DNA from: Hydrotalea sp.
GTDB taxonomy: Bacteria; Bacteroidota; Bacteroidia; Chitinophagales; Chitinophagaceae
Reading direction: 5' to 3'
Assembly: GCA_022402565.1 (NCBI GenBank)
Contig: JAKRSC010000027.1
Coordinates: 25,060-89,059, forward strand
Length of the DNA stretch: 64,000 nt
Numbering within the stretch: position 1 is the first letter of the stretch; each line of letters opens with the position of its first letter. A program made the translations under genes and the position numbers. Positions 1-9,142 of this stretch are shown here, piece after piece. Under the pieces are notes generated by a model. That model searched no databases, had not been told where the DNA came from, and was given only the letters and a program-made list of their open reading frames with translations.

Positions 1-306
1 AATGATTCGTTTTGGTATGATTTTATTAATCAGGATAAAATTATACAACGTCATCCATGTTGTGATTTCCAAAGGGCGTGACACAAGTAAAAACGTATGA
101 CTACTTGGTAGATTCTTAATAATTTGATCAACTAAAGAATTATCAAATTGCTTAGAAATACCTCGTGAGTCAAAGAATAAAAGTGTATCAACTTCTCGAA
201 CTGATCCATTACATGCAATCCTAAAGTCATGCCTTTCATTAAGTTGATTGCCATAAAATAATAATATCTCTTTTTCATTAAGATTGTGTTCTAACAGTTT
301 ACACAT
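1..306 (-). CDS. hypothetical protein (N-terminal ~102 codons; continues past window start)
   Basis: The minus-strand frame is open from ATG (306-304) to position 1 (MCKLLEHNLNEKEILLFYGNQLNERHDF...). It lies 43 nt downstream of the methyltransferase stop on the same strand. It is absent from the ORF track because the window edge truncates it. No recognisable motif. Confidence 0.35.
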   Translation of the reverse strand, partial: MCKLLEHNLNEKEILLFYGNQLNERHDFRIACNGSVREVDTLLFFDSRGISKQFDNSLVDQIIKNLPSSHTFLLVSRPLEITTWMTLYNFILINKIIPKRII

Positions 307-349
307 TTCTAGCAGAGAGGACTTTATAGATTTTTTACTGTAAAAACTA

Positions 350-1342
350 TCAAGGCTTAATACATGAGATCATCATATGTGAACTCAAGCCAGATGAGGC
401 AATGAAATCCTGCAATCCAGACAATTCAGATTCATTAAGATAATCAAGAACATTTTTCCAGAATATATCATTTATATATTCTTTATTCTTTTTAAGAATA
501 TCAACATCCAATTTTCCGGGAGTAATAGCCTCCAAGACTTCAAAACCATTCTTCTCTAATATCGCTGTTACAGACTTAGGATTTAGAAAGTTAAGATGGT
601 GAGGGGGTGATAATGCTTTTGCATGCTCACCAAGCAGTTGAATATCAACACCCATCCCACTTAGTGTCGTGAATATAAACATATCTCCTTTGTTCATACA
701 ATTAAAAACTGTTTGCAAAAATCTTGCTGGATCATGTAAGTGTTCAAATAGTTCAAAGCTTACATAGCATTTTCTACCTGCGGGTAATTCATCTGCTAAT
801 ATTTCTTCCATAAACTTTTCCAAAACTTCAAGCCCCTTATCTCTGCATATTTGTGCAAGGTGAACAGAAGGTTCAATTACTATGGCTTTGATATCCATTA
901 TTGCCTTAATTTCTTCATCAAATACTCCATATCCACCTCCAATATCAATTATATATTCAACTGGTACACCTTCTCCGAATTTTAATATCCGTTGCTTTAT
1001 CATTTCTGCTTTAGGCTTCCAGAGCTTTTCACGACGCGCAGCTTCAGTAATTTTGTAGAATGTAGTAGCCCAGAACTTAGTTGATGGCGAATCTGTATAA
1101 TAAGCATTAAATGATTCTATTACCGGTCTCGGACTCACATAAATAGTGTAACACGATGGGCATGATTTATAAGTAAATAAAGATTTCTTTACCCATACTT
1201 TACTATCACTACTACCACATGAAGGACAAGAAATTTCAAAGCTATCAGCATTACTAAAAAAAGTCACAGTATCAATTGCTGTGAGTTCAAGGTATTCATT
1301 AAATACTTTTTCTGGTCTGATCTCTTCTTCTGTAACTTTCAT
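350..1342 (-). CDS. class I SAM-dependent methyltransferase with N-terminal CxxC...CxxC zinc-ribbon
   Basis: 330 aa. Has CPSCGS...CPSC cysteine pairs followed by the SAM-binding motif I IIDIGGGYGVF and an acidic post-I residue. Overlaps the upstream gene by 4 nt. Confidence 0.75.
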   Translation of the reverse strand: MKVTEEEIRPEKVFNEYLELTAIDTVTFFSNADSFEISCPSCGSSDSKVWVKKSLFTYKSCPSCYTIYVSPRPVIESFNAYYTDSPSTKFWATTFYKITEAARREKLWKPKAEMIKQRILKFGEGVPVEYIIDIGGGYGVFDEEIKAIMDIKAIVIEPSVHLAQICRDKGLEVLEKFMEEILADELPAGRKCYVSFELFEHLHDPARFLQTVFNCMNKGDMFIFTTLSGMGVDIQLLGEHAKALSPPHHLNFLNPKSVTAILEKNGFEVLEAITPGKLDVDILKKNKEYINDIFWKNVLDYLNESELSGLQDFIASSGLSSHMMISCIKP

Positions 1343-1974
1343 ATAAATAAATTTAAAACTAAGTCCTCAAAATCTCTTATTATAGTTGTTCCACTTGGGA
1401 ATGCAGTTTCTGGATTTTCAATACCGATAAAGGGTATTTCACAGATTAGTGCCGCATTATAGTCCGTCATTGCATCACCAAAGAAAATACAGTTATCTCT
1501 ATTCACCTTTGTTTGTGTCAAAATAATATTTATAATGTCTGCTTTTGTTTTAGGAGAACCATATAGTTGTTGAAAAAAGGAGGATATTCCTTTACGATTT
1601 GCTATTTCAATAATCTCAGTTTCAGGTGTTCCTGTACAAATGAACTGCTTTTTGTAAGAATTTTTTTTTATGAACTCATATGCGCCTTTAATATACTCGG
1701 AAGCAATGACCTTTTCTTTTACAAGAGCTGCAAATTGATCCGATAGTTCAATAATTTCGTTTTCAGATACTTTTTTACTAAGAAGAACAGATTGAAAGTA
1801 TCTAAATTTTTCAAATCGAGAAATACCGCCATTAAGTAAATGATATTCCTTTACCTGAGTCTGTATCTCAGGTCCATAACTTTTGTACATTTCGACAAAA
1901 GCTTCTGTTTTTACATTAACAGAATCACATATCACACCATCAAAATCGTAAATAACAACCTCAGGATTGATCAT
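1339..1974 (-). CDS. HAD-superfamily hydrolase/phosphatase
   Basis: 211 aa. N-terminal HAD motif I (VIYDFDGVICDS) and C-terminal FFGDAMTDYNAA (motif IV-like). Confidence 0.75.
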   Translation of the reverse strand: MINPEVVIYDFDGVICDSVNVKTEAFVEMYKSYGPEIQTQVKEYHLLNGGISRFEKFRYFQSVLLSKKVSENEIIELSDQFAALVKEKVIASEYIKGAYEFIKKNSYKKQFICTGTPETEIIEIANRKGISSFFQQLYGSPKTKADIINIILTQTKVNRDNCIFFGDAMTDYNAALICEIPFIGIENPETAFPSGTTIIRDFEDLVLNLFI

Positions 1975-1976
1975 AA

Positions 1977-2636
1977 TTATATTGATGCAATTATACTAAC
2001 AGGGGCACCATCAACACCCTTTAAAAGTAAAGGTGCACAAATAATTGATTTAGGCTGACTATTCAATTGCCTTACATCCATATCCTCAATTAGCAAAATT
2101 GGACGTCCCCCACCTAAGAAAGCCCTATGAGCTGTTCTGCCCAATTCACGGTGCTGATAGGCAGTGAGTGAAATAAAGTCCATTCCTATTGCTCTTAAAT
2201 ATGGGAAATTTTTCCGCAGTATATCAGCTACTTCAGGTGCGAAACCAGGATTATTTTTCCAATATGTATTTTCAGAACGATACTTTCCAAATCCTGTCTT
2301 ATATATCAAAATATCAGTATCGAAAGGAATAGAAGCTATTTCATTAGCAGTAAAATGAATGATCTGATCTGCACATACCTCTTTCATAAATAAATAAGGT
2401 CTTGTGAACACCCAAAAAGAAGCATTGTAAAGCTCAGAAGTTAAACCGTCTTGAAAAAAATGATTTGGAAAATCAATATGCGTTCCAGAATGATTATTGA
2501 AAGAGATTTGTTTAGTATTTGCAGTATCGCCAGCTATTATTGATCTTTGAGGCTGAATACTAATACCTTTATCTCCTCCGTATAAGGGAGTTTGATCATC
2601 AAGAAAATAAGACAAATAAATATACTGAGTATTCAT
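1977..2636 (-). CDS. cyclase-family protein (kynurenine-formamidase-fold metal hydrolase)
   Basis: 219 aa. Carries the HSGTHIDFPNHF signature (HxGTHxDxPxH) typical of the putative cyclase / arylformamidase family. Confidence 0.7.
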   Translation of the reverse strand: MNTQYIYLSYFLDDQTPLYGGDKGISIQPQRSIIAGDTANTKQISFNNHSGTHIDFPNHFFQDGLTSELYNASFWVFTRPYLFMKEVCADQIIHFTANEIASIPFDTDILIYKTGFGKYRSENTYWKNNPGFAPEVADILRKNFPYLRAIGMDFISLTAYQHRELGRTAHRAFLGGGRPILLIEDMDVRQLNSQPKSIICAPLLLKGVDGAPVSIIASI

Positions 2637-3559
2637 GTCTTGTTGGTTCCCAGAACTGTTTTAGGCTGAAGACCAGCATCAATCAACTCCTGATAAATCT
2701 CATATATAGAATCCAGTATACCCTGCCCCAAATCGTGATAGTCTTTGGGCGTTATCTTTAATGCAACCTTCGGCTTAAACGAATATGGTGTTATTTTATA
2801 ATGCCCCTCAAAAGATTCATTAGTATAATTTACTTCAATAGTATCATTCATTATTTCCTTGATCATCGACAATAATTCTTTTACTTTCATTGTTTGCGCT
2901 CCAGTTATCATCAGATAACTATTTTTGTAATCATTAGAAAGAGCTTGAACTGTTGACTTAGCTGCATCTAGTATGTTAATATAGTCTCTGACCTCCTCCC
3001 CATCACCTTTTCGATTAATTACCCCCTCCAGCAGTGCCATTTGAATACAATTCCTAATAAAATTAAAATTATTAGCTCTTGGTCCATACAGTGAGCCATA
3101 ACGTAGTATAGTAAAATCAATTTGGTACTCTTGCTGATAATTCTCAATGAATAATTCACATGCCTGTTTAGAACTTCTGTAAAACGATCCATGATCACTA
3201 TATACATAAATTGTACTGGCGTATATAAATCTTTTGATACTGAATTCTCTGCATGCATCTAAAACATACATTGTTCCTAATACATTGAAATTCGCTGCTT
3301 CAACAGGATTATCCCGGGCTTCCTGTATATCAGCAATCGCTGCAAAATGAAAAACTGCCTCTGCTTTACTCACAGCTTCCCTTACACTATTTCTATCAAG
3401 AATATTGCCTACTACCATTCGCTGATCAGGTCTTAGGTACGGAGATTCCTTTATGTCGAAAATGGTTACACAATAACCTTGGTTTGACAATTCATCGGCA
3501 ACATGACTTCCTAGAAAACCAGCCCCCCCAAAAACAATTACATTTTTAATTGCCATCAT
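2633..3559 (-). CDS. NAD-dependent epimerase/dehydratase (extended SDR)
   Basis: 308 aa. Rossmann motif VFGGAGFLGSHV and catalytic YRSSK (YxxxK). Confidence 0.8.
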   Translation of the reverse strand: MMAIKNVIVFGGAGFLGSHVADELSNQGYCVTIFDIKESPYLRPDQRMVVGNILDRNSVREAVSKAEAVFHFAAIADIQEARDNPVEAANFNVLGTMYVLDACREFSIKRFIYASTIYVYSDHGSFYRSSKQACELFIENYQQEYQIDFTILRYGSLYGPRANNFNFIRNCIQMALLEGVINRKGDGEEVRDYINILDAAKSTVQALSNDYKNSYLMITGAQTMKVKELLSMIKEIMNDTIEVNYTNESFEGHYKITPYSFKPKVALKITPKDYHDLGQGILDSIYEIYQELIDAGLQPKTVLGTNKT

Positions 3560-3562
3560 GTA

Positions 3563-4495
3563 TTATGAAATATACTTTACAAGATTTTCCACAGCCATAG
3601 TACCTTGATTCACCACGTTCTCATAGGTTCGAGAACCAATATGGGGGGTAATAATAATTTTATTATTACCAAGGAAAGGATGATTCGGGACTATTGGTTC
3701 TTCTTCAAGTACATCAGTTAAATATCCACCAATGATCCCTTTATCGATTCCTTCAAGGATTACCTGACTATCTACAAGACCTGCACGTGCAGTATTCACA
3801 ATAATCACTCCCTTTTTCAAAATACTGAGCACCTGGTTCCCTATTATATTACTTGACGCTGCATTTAAAGAAAGATTGAGTGAAATAATATCACTGTTTT
3901 TAATAACATCATTTGCATTGTCAAAATAAGTAATTTCATATTTACTTGCGAATGCTTCATCACGAAACTTATCAAACGCTAAAACATTCATCCCAAAAGC
4001 TAGTGCTCGTTTAATAACTTCTTTACCAACATTACCTGTACCAAGAACCCCCAATGTTTTACCGCTTAATTCTTTGCCTATATATCTGATCCATTGTTGA
4101 TTTTGTACAGCCTCATGCTCTGGAATAATATTTTTAATATAGGTCAATAATAAAGCAAATACATGCTCCGCTACTGTAACCTGATTTACACCCGGGCAAT
4201 TAGTTACAGGTATATTGAACTCATTGGCTGCAGTTAGGTCTACTTTATCCAAACCGATACCATATTTAGAGATAATTCTGAGCTTGCCGGATACGCCTTT
4301 AGCAATAACTGCCCTAGTTATTTCATCATCACCACAAATAATTCCATCATATTGATCTATAATATCAAGTAATACATCTTCCTTTAAAGGACCACGTAAA
4401 ATTTGTATGTTATATCCTTGTTTGGCAAGCAATTCCTGATGAGCCCCGGGAGTATCCTGAAATGATGTAGAGGTTAATAAAATATTATAGCTCAT
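3563..4495 (-). CDS. D-isomer-specific 2-hydroxyacid dehydrogenase (PGDH/GhrB-like)
   Basis: 310 aa. NAD motif GVLGTGNVGKEV, and the NTARAGLVD and ITPHIGS catalytic Arg/His regions. Confidence 0.8.
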   Translation of the reverse strand: MSYNILLTSTSFQDTPGAHQELLAKQGYNIQILRGPLKEDVLLDIIDQYDGIICGDDEITRAVIAKGVSGKLRIISKYGIGLDKVDLTAANEFNIPVTNCPGVNQVTVAEHVFALLLTYIKNIIPEHEAVQNQQWIRYIGKELSGKTLGVLGTGNVGKEVIKRALAFGMNVLAFDKFRDEAFASKYEITYFDNANDVIKNSDIISLNLSLNAASSNIIGNQVLSILKKGVIIVNTARAGLVDSQVILEGIDKGIIGGYLTDVLEEEPIVPNHPFLGNNKIIITPHIGSRTYENVVNQGTMAVENLVKYIS

Positions 4496-5265
4496 TGTTT
4501 CAAATATCTTTTGGTCAACTCATCAACACTCATTAACCGATTTACCCTATCCAAATCCGACTGAGTATCTACAGAAAAAGTTTCTTCATCACGCAAAACC
4601 ATTCGAATGGTAATATTATTTTCGATTAATCTGTTCATATCTACCGATTCAATAATCTCAAGAGGTGTTTGCTCCATCCCGTTATACTCAATCAGAAAAT
4701 CCCGTCTAAAAGGTATAATACATACTTGCTTTAACATTGGAACATTACTTACACCTTTTTTTCGGGAGGGAATGGGTTCACGGGAAAAATATATTGCATT
4801 CTGCAGCTTATTAACTACCACTTTAACTTCAGCTGGATCCTCATGCTCTTCAACAGTAGCCATGTACTCCATCAGATTAGTAATATTCAGTTCTGGTTCA
4901 TCTAATAAAGGCGTTACAGCGGCACTAATCATTTCGGGAGTAATCATTGGCTCATCGCCCTGAATCATCACTACTATATCAACTTTATTTCCGGTTTCCT
5001 TTTCAATAGTTAAAAGAGCCTCCGCAGTACGATCTGATGCTCGTTCATGAGTATCAGCCGTCATAATAGCTTTACCTCCAATACTTATTACGTAATCAAA
5101 TATTTCCTTATCACATGTAGCCACGTATACTTCATTTAAGATACTGTTCATCTTAGAACGATAATAAACATGACCAATCATTGGCATTCCTAGTATATCT
5201 GCCATGGGCTTATTAGGCAATCGACTAGATGACATTCTTGCTGGAATGATTCCTATAATATTCAT
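4492..5265 (-). CDS. KdsB-family cytidylyltransferase (CMP-ulosonic acid synthetase-like)
   Basis: 257 aa. N-terminus IIPARMSSSRLPNKPM, plus the HERASDRTAEAL and IQGDEPMI motifs of the CMP-Kdo / acylneuraminate cytidylyltransferase fold. Confidence 0.75.
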   Translation of the reverse strand: MNIIGIIPARMSSSRLPNKPMADILGMPMIGHVYYRSKMNSILNEVYVATCDKEIFDYVISIGGKAIMTADTHERASDRTAEALLTIEKETGNKVDIVVMIQGDEPMITPEMISAAVTPLLDEPELNITNLMEYMATVEEHEDPAEVKVVVNKLQNAIYFSREPIPSRKKGVSNVPMLKQVCIIPFRRDFLIEYNGMEQTPLEIIESVDMNRLIENNITIRMVLRDEETFSVDTQSDLDRVNRLMSVDELTKRYLKQ

Positions 5266-5266
5266 A

Positions 5267-6010
5267 TCAGTTATTTTTTAAAAGTTTCATTTGATTTCTG
5301 ACCAAAGTACCCAAAAACAAAACATCCAAACTGAATGCTATGAAATCATAGCCTTTCTCAATTTTATCCTTTACTAATCCAAATTCGGGCTGTATAACAT
5401 GAAAACCTACATACTTATCATATTTTTTTACGGTTTGTTCATATATCAATAAAGCCTCTTTTACAGCTGGCTCATCCCACTGCCCGGGTTTACCCATGGA
5501 ACCAGACAGATCATATGGACCAATGAACGTTCCATCTACACCATCAGTTGAAATAATTGCATTAAGCTCATTAATAGCATTAATGTGTTCAATTTGAACA
5601 ATTAATTTGATTTCTTTTGACTTATTATCCCTGTAATCCTCAAATCCAAAACCATAAGATTGTGCCCTTGATAATCCTACACCACGCTTACCAAATGGAG
5701 GGTATTTTACCGCATCAACTGCTTTTTTTGCTTCAATAGCAGAGTTTACAGAAGGCACAATAATTCCATCAGCTCCTGCATCAAGTACTCGTTTAATGAT
5801 TCTTGTATTATTTTCACCCACACGTACAAACGCTTTCAGGCCCTTTGACTGTATAGCAAGAATCAACTGTTGTGCTTCTGCATAATCTGTCACAGAATGC
5901 TCCATATCAACACAAAGCCAGTCAAATCCTGCATCAGCTAATATTTCAGCTACAGATGTATGATTTAATGTAATCCATGTACCAATTTGAATTTTTCTGT
6001 CTTTGTGCAT
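5267..6010 (-). CDS. HpcH/HpaI-family class II pyruvate aldolase
   Basis: 247 aa. Has DWLCVDMEHS, RVLDAGADGIIVP and IQIEH...GVDGTFIGPYDLS, typical of 2-keto-3-deoxy-acid aldolases (HpaI/GarL/YfaU type). Confidence 0.8.
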   Translation of the reverse strand: MHKDRKIQIGTWITLNHTSVAEILADAGFDWLCVDMEHSVTDYAEAQQLILAIQSKGLKAFVRVGENNTRIIKRVLDAGADGIIVPSVNSAIEAKKAVDAVKYPPFGKRGVGLSRAQSYGFGFEDYRDNKSKEIKLIVQIEHINAINELNAIISTDGVDGTFIGPYDLSGSMGKPGQWDEPAVKEALLIYEQTVKKYDKYVGFHVIQPEFGLVKDKIEKGYDFIAFSLDVLFLGTLVRNQMKLLKNN

Positions 6011-6084
6011 TGTAATTAAGTTTGTTACTAATTATTTCTAATGCTAATACTTTACAGTGATATTAGAATTTTACTTTTAAGCGT

Positions 6085-7527
6085 CTATTTTTTAACCCAG
6101 ACGAATCTTGTGATTTTTTTTGCCAACCATAGTGTACCAAGATAACCGATTATATATGCAATAATGGTATCTAGTCCAAAACTTTGAAGTAAGTTAAAAA
6201 ATATTAGAAGTATAACTACACGATTCATAACATCAAAGAAGTCATTTCTCTTATGATATAAAATATATAAATACTTCAAAAAATACACAACAAAAAAAAT
6301 GGGGATAATTGCAAACCATCCTCCAAACAATACAAAAAATTCTCCATATAGGGTAAAACAATCGGAATGGTATTCTTCATTTACTTTTATCTTGGATGGC
6401 CTTCCAATATCTTCATAAAAAAATTTTTGTGCATTTGCAGTCTTTGGAATATCGAAAACATCGAATCCAGGAGTAAAGATGTTGTCAACTATGCTCATCG
6501 CATAAAATTTCATACTGAATAATTCTGAATATTTGTCTTTTGAAGAAATTAATTCAGTGGCAAAATCGAGAAAACCAATTCTTTGAAATACTGGACTGAG
6601 TAACACCTCTATCTCTGCTAAATCATATTCATAGTCCTTAATAAGTTTTACATTTTCGATACTAATATTTTGCCTGTCGATATCTCCAATAGTTATCCGC
6701 ATAAAAGTAATTGCAGCAAATATTGGAATAGACAGAATACTAATAAAGGTAAGAATGACAAGAACTTTTTTACTTACTCTTATAAAGGACATATAGGCAA
6801 GAGTAGAAAAAAGGAAACAGTAAAAGACTGTAAGAATCGCGGATCTACTTCCTAAAAAAGTATGCAAAAGCACGTATACGATTATTAGTGCCCAAAAGAA
6901 TATATTGTTTCCTTTTTTAAAAAAGTTATTAGATAAAAAATAGGTCATTATCAATAATGACAATACAATATATAAGTCAAAGAAAATACTATTAAAAAAA
7001 CGAGTTAGAGTAATTAGTCCGTCCGGCCCTATCTTTATAGCAAAAAAAGACATAAAGATTGTTATTCCAAAAAAAAGATGAATTTTTGATTTTTTGTTTT
7101 TTATAAAACTCTTAATTCTGCTATAATCGTCCTTTGTTGCATTATTCTTATGTCGTAAAAAGAATACGGCTAGAAAAATTGCTAGGTTGCAAACAATGAT
7201 AAAAACTAATGCATAATTTATATCTTCATAAGAATAATCATCTCGACTTAAGGCTAGAGAATTTGGGAAAAAAGTAAGTGTCCCAATCCGAAACAAATGA
7301 AAAAGAATATTTTGAATACAAAGTATTGTAATGAAAGGGTCTCGGTTGTTCTTTTCATATATTAGAAATAAATATATTTCAATACCAAGTACGAATGAAA
7401 GTGCTATTGTAGCTTCTGAAACATATTGAGTTTGCTCCTTTACTGTTAAAAAAGAATATAAATTAAAAGCCATTGTCATTATAACAAGCACTCTTAATAC
7501 TGAATTAAAATCTACGTTTTTTGTCAA
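6085..7527 (-). CDS. polytopic membrane protein, Wzy-like O-antigen/polysaccharide polymerase candidate
   Basis: 480 aa, at least 10 hydrophobic segments, very AT-rich. Located next to the flippase in a polysaccharide operon. No diagnostic motif visible. Confidence 0.5.
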   Translation of the reverse strand: MTKNVDFNSVLRVLVIMTMAFNLYSFLTVKEQTQYVSEATIALSFVLGIEIYLFLIYEKNNRDPFITILCIQNILFHLFRIGTLTFFPNSLALSRDDYSYEDINYALVFIIVCNLAIFLAVFFLRHKNNATKDDYSRIKSFIKNKKSKIHLFFGITIFMSFFAIKIGPDGLITLTRFFNSIFFDLYIVLSLLIMTYFLSNNFFKKGNNIFFWALIIVYVLLHTFLGSRSAILTVFYCFLFSTLAYMSFIRVSKKVLVILTFISILSIPIFAAITFMRITIGDIDRQNISIENVKLIKDYEYDLAEIEVLLSPVFQRIGFLDFATELISSKDKYSELFSMKFYAMSIVDNIFTPGFDVFDIPKTANAQKFFYEDIGRPSKIKVNEEYHSDCFTLYGEFFVLFGGWFAIIPIFFVVYFLKYLYILYHKRNDFFDVMNRVVILLIFFNLLQSFGLDTIIAYIIGYLGTLWLAKKITRFVWVKK

Positions 7528-7590
7528 TTCTATTAAACTATACTAAAATTTTAGAAAAGCAATTTTAGCTAAACACTAAACTATATACTA

Positions 7591-9126
7591 CTAACTGAAA
7601 AGACTTTTCACCTTCATTTTAATCATATTCAAATCATTGGGAAAAAGACCAAACATTCTAGGAGCCCAGATTAATAAAATTACCAGCATTAGTATATAGA
7701 GTATACCGCGGCAACTAAGTATTAAAAATTCGTAAGTATTATTTGAAATTATTACATGTGTAAGCATTTTTGAAATACCTGAACAACCCAATAACACAAA
7801 AACGCATATGATTTGTTGCATTAAATATTTCCAAAATTTGAATTTGAGATATTTTGCGTTGAAGTATAACTGTACATTAACAGCTAAAAACTGAATTAAA
7901 AGCATTTTTATTGCCAACCCTTTTGACCCAAGTTCAAATCCATAATCACTTGTTCCTGCAATTGTAAGGTATGTTATAGGAATGCCAAGAAGCATAAAAA
8001 AAATTCCTATTCTACCATATAATTTTGTTCTTCCAGATGCATAAAATAACGCTCCGCTCAACTGTCCATATGTTTGATGAATCGGATAAAATGCCATTAA
8101 GAACATTGTTCCATAAGCAGCTTGATAATTATCACCAGCAAAAATTGAAATTACAATGTCAGAATTTATTGCTATAAAACAAGAGATGAATGATACGAAA
8201 CTATAAAGTACTGGTATATAACGTCGAAACAATCTGATTAACTCTTCATTCTGATTCTCGCCGTGTGCTATTGAAAATTCTCTTGTGATTAAGGATGTCA
8301 TTGCAGACGTGAATAAAAGACAAACTGCTCCTATTTGATAGGAGAGCGTAAATAGACCCTGTTCAAGTCCACCACCATATCGTTGAAGTAACCATTTATC
8401 AAATACCACCACTATAGCACTTATCATGCTATATATAAATAAGGGTTTACTGTAACTATAAAATTCTCTAATATAAAATGTCAAATCAGTCCTTGACATT
8501 CTCCATGAATCCTTATTATAAATCTGTTCTTTCCTAATCTGAAATATCAATATACTAGCTAGGAGAGCTGAAACGAAATACTGATAAACATAAAATGTTG
8601 AGTAATCCAGTGTAAAGAAGAATATTAGTAATATGATTACTAACAAACCAGCTACTTTTACTGAAATTTTAGTTATTTCCGATTTAATTGTAAGCCCATT
8701 TGCGTCCATTACCTGAAAAAGTGCTTCATTTATCCAATTCACTAATGCAATACCTGCCGCAGCTGAAACAAAAAAAATTGATTGATCAAGCCAAATATCT
8801 TTATTGAGATTAAAGAGATAGCTCCCCAATATAAATACACTTATTATTCCACAAGCAAATAATATAACCCTAGAATAGAAACTTATAAGGCCAAAATCAT
8901 TTTGACGTTGGGACAGTTTGGTGTAGAAACCAATCGAAGTGCTAAAAGTAAATAGAGGCAATAGCTGGTAAAAAAAATCATACAAGAAGTAGAACTCTCC
9001 GTATTTTTTGGGGCCCAATGAACGCGTTATCAAAGGAATAGTTACTATAGTTAATGTGAGGCTAAAAAAATTAGCACCAAGTTTAGCCAGATACCTATTC
9101 CTTAATGACTGCTGATTACCTAACAC
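7591..9126 (-). CDS. Wzx-type polysaccharide flippase (MOP/MATE-like)
   Basis: 511 aa with about 12-14 TM segments. The N-terminus (NRYLAKLGANFFSLTLTIVTIPLITRSLGPKKYGEF) is typical of polysaccharide biosynthesis (Wzx) proteins. Confidence 0.65.
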   Translation of the reverse strand: MLGNQQSLRNRYLAKLGANFFSLTLTIVTIPLITRSLGPKKYGEFYFLYDFFYQLLPLFTFSTSIGFYTKLSQRQNDFGLISFYSRVILFACGIISVFILGSYLFNLNKDIWLDQSIFFVSAAAGIALVNWINEALFQVMDANGLTIKSEITKISVKVAGLLVIILLIFFFTLDYSTFYVYQYFVSALLASILIFQIRKEQIYNKDSWRMSRTDLTFYIREFYSYSKPLFIYSMISAIVVVFDKWLLQRYGGGLEQGLFTLSYQIGAVCLLFTSAMTSLITREFSIAHGENQNEELIRLFRRYIPVLYSFVSFISCFIAINSDIVISIFAGDNYQAAYGTMFLMAFYPIHQTYGQLSGALFYASGRTKLYGRIGIFFMLLGIPITYLTIAGTSDYGFELGSKGLAIKMLLIQFLAVNVQLYFNAKYLKFKFWKYLMQQIICVFVLLGCSGISKMLTHVIISNNTYEFLILSCRGILYILMLVILLIWAPRMFGLFPNDLNMIKMKVKSLFS

Positions 9127-9142
9127 TTTTTAAAAAAAGAAT

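Noticed and set aside
4607-4963. Antisense or nested ORFs inside long genes (e.g. 1840..2058, 3019..3258, 4607..4963, 14789..15082, 17637..17966, 27353..27574, 35192..35509, 50030..50302, 57714..57977, 62831..63109)
   Set aside because: Each lies within a longer ORF that has clear family motifs. Their translations are low-complexity or lack any motif. These are typical shadow ORFs.
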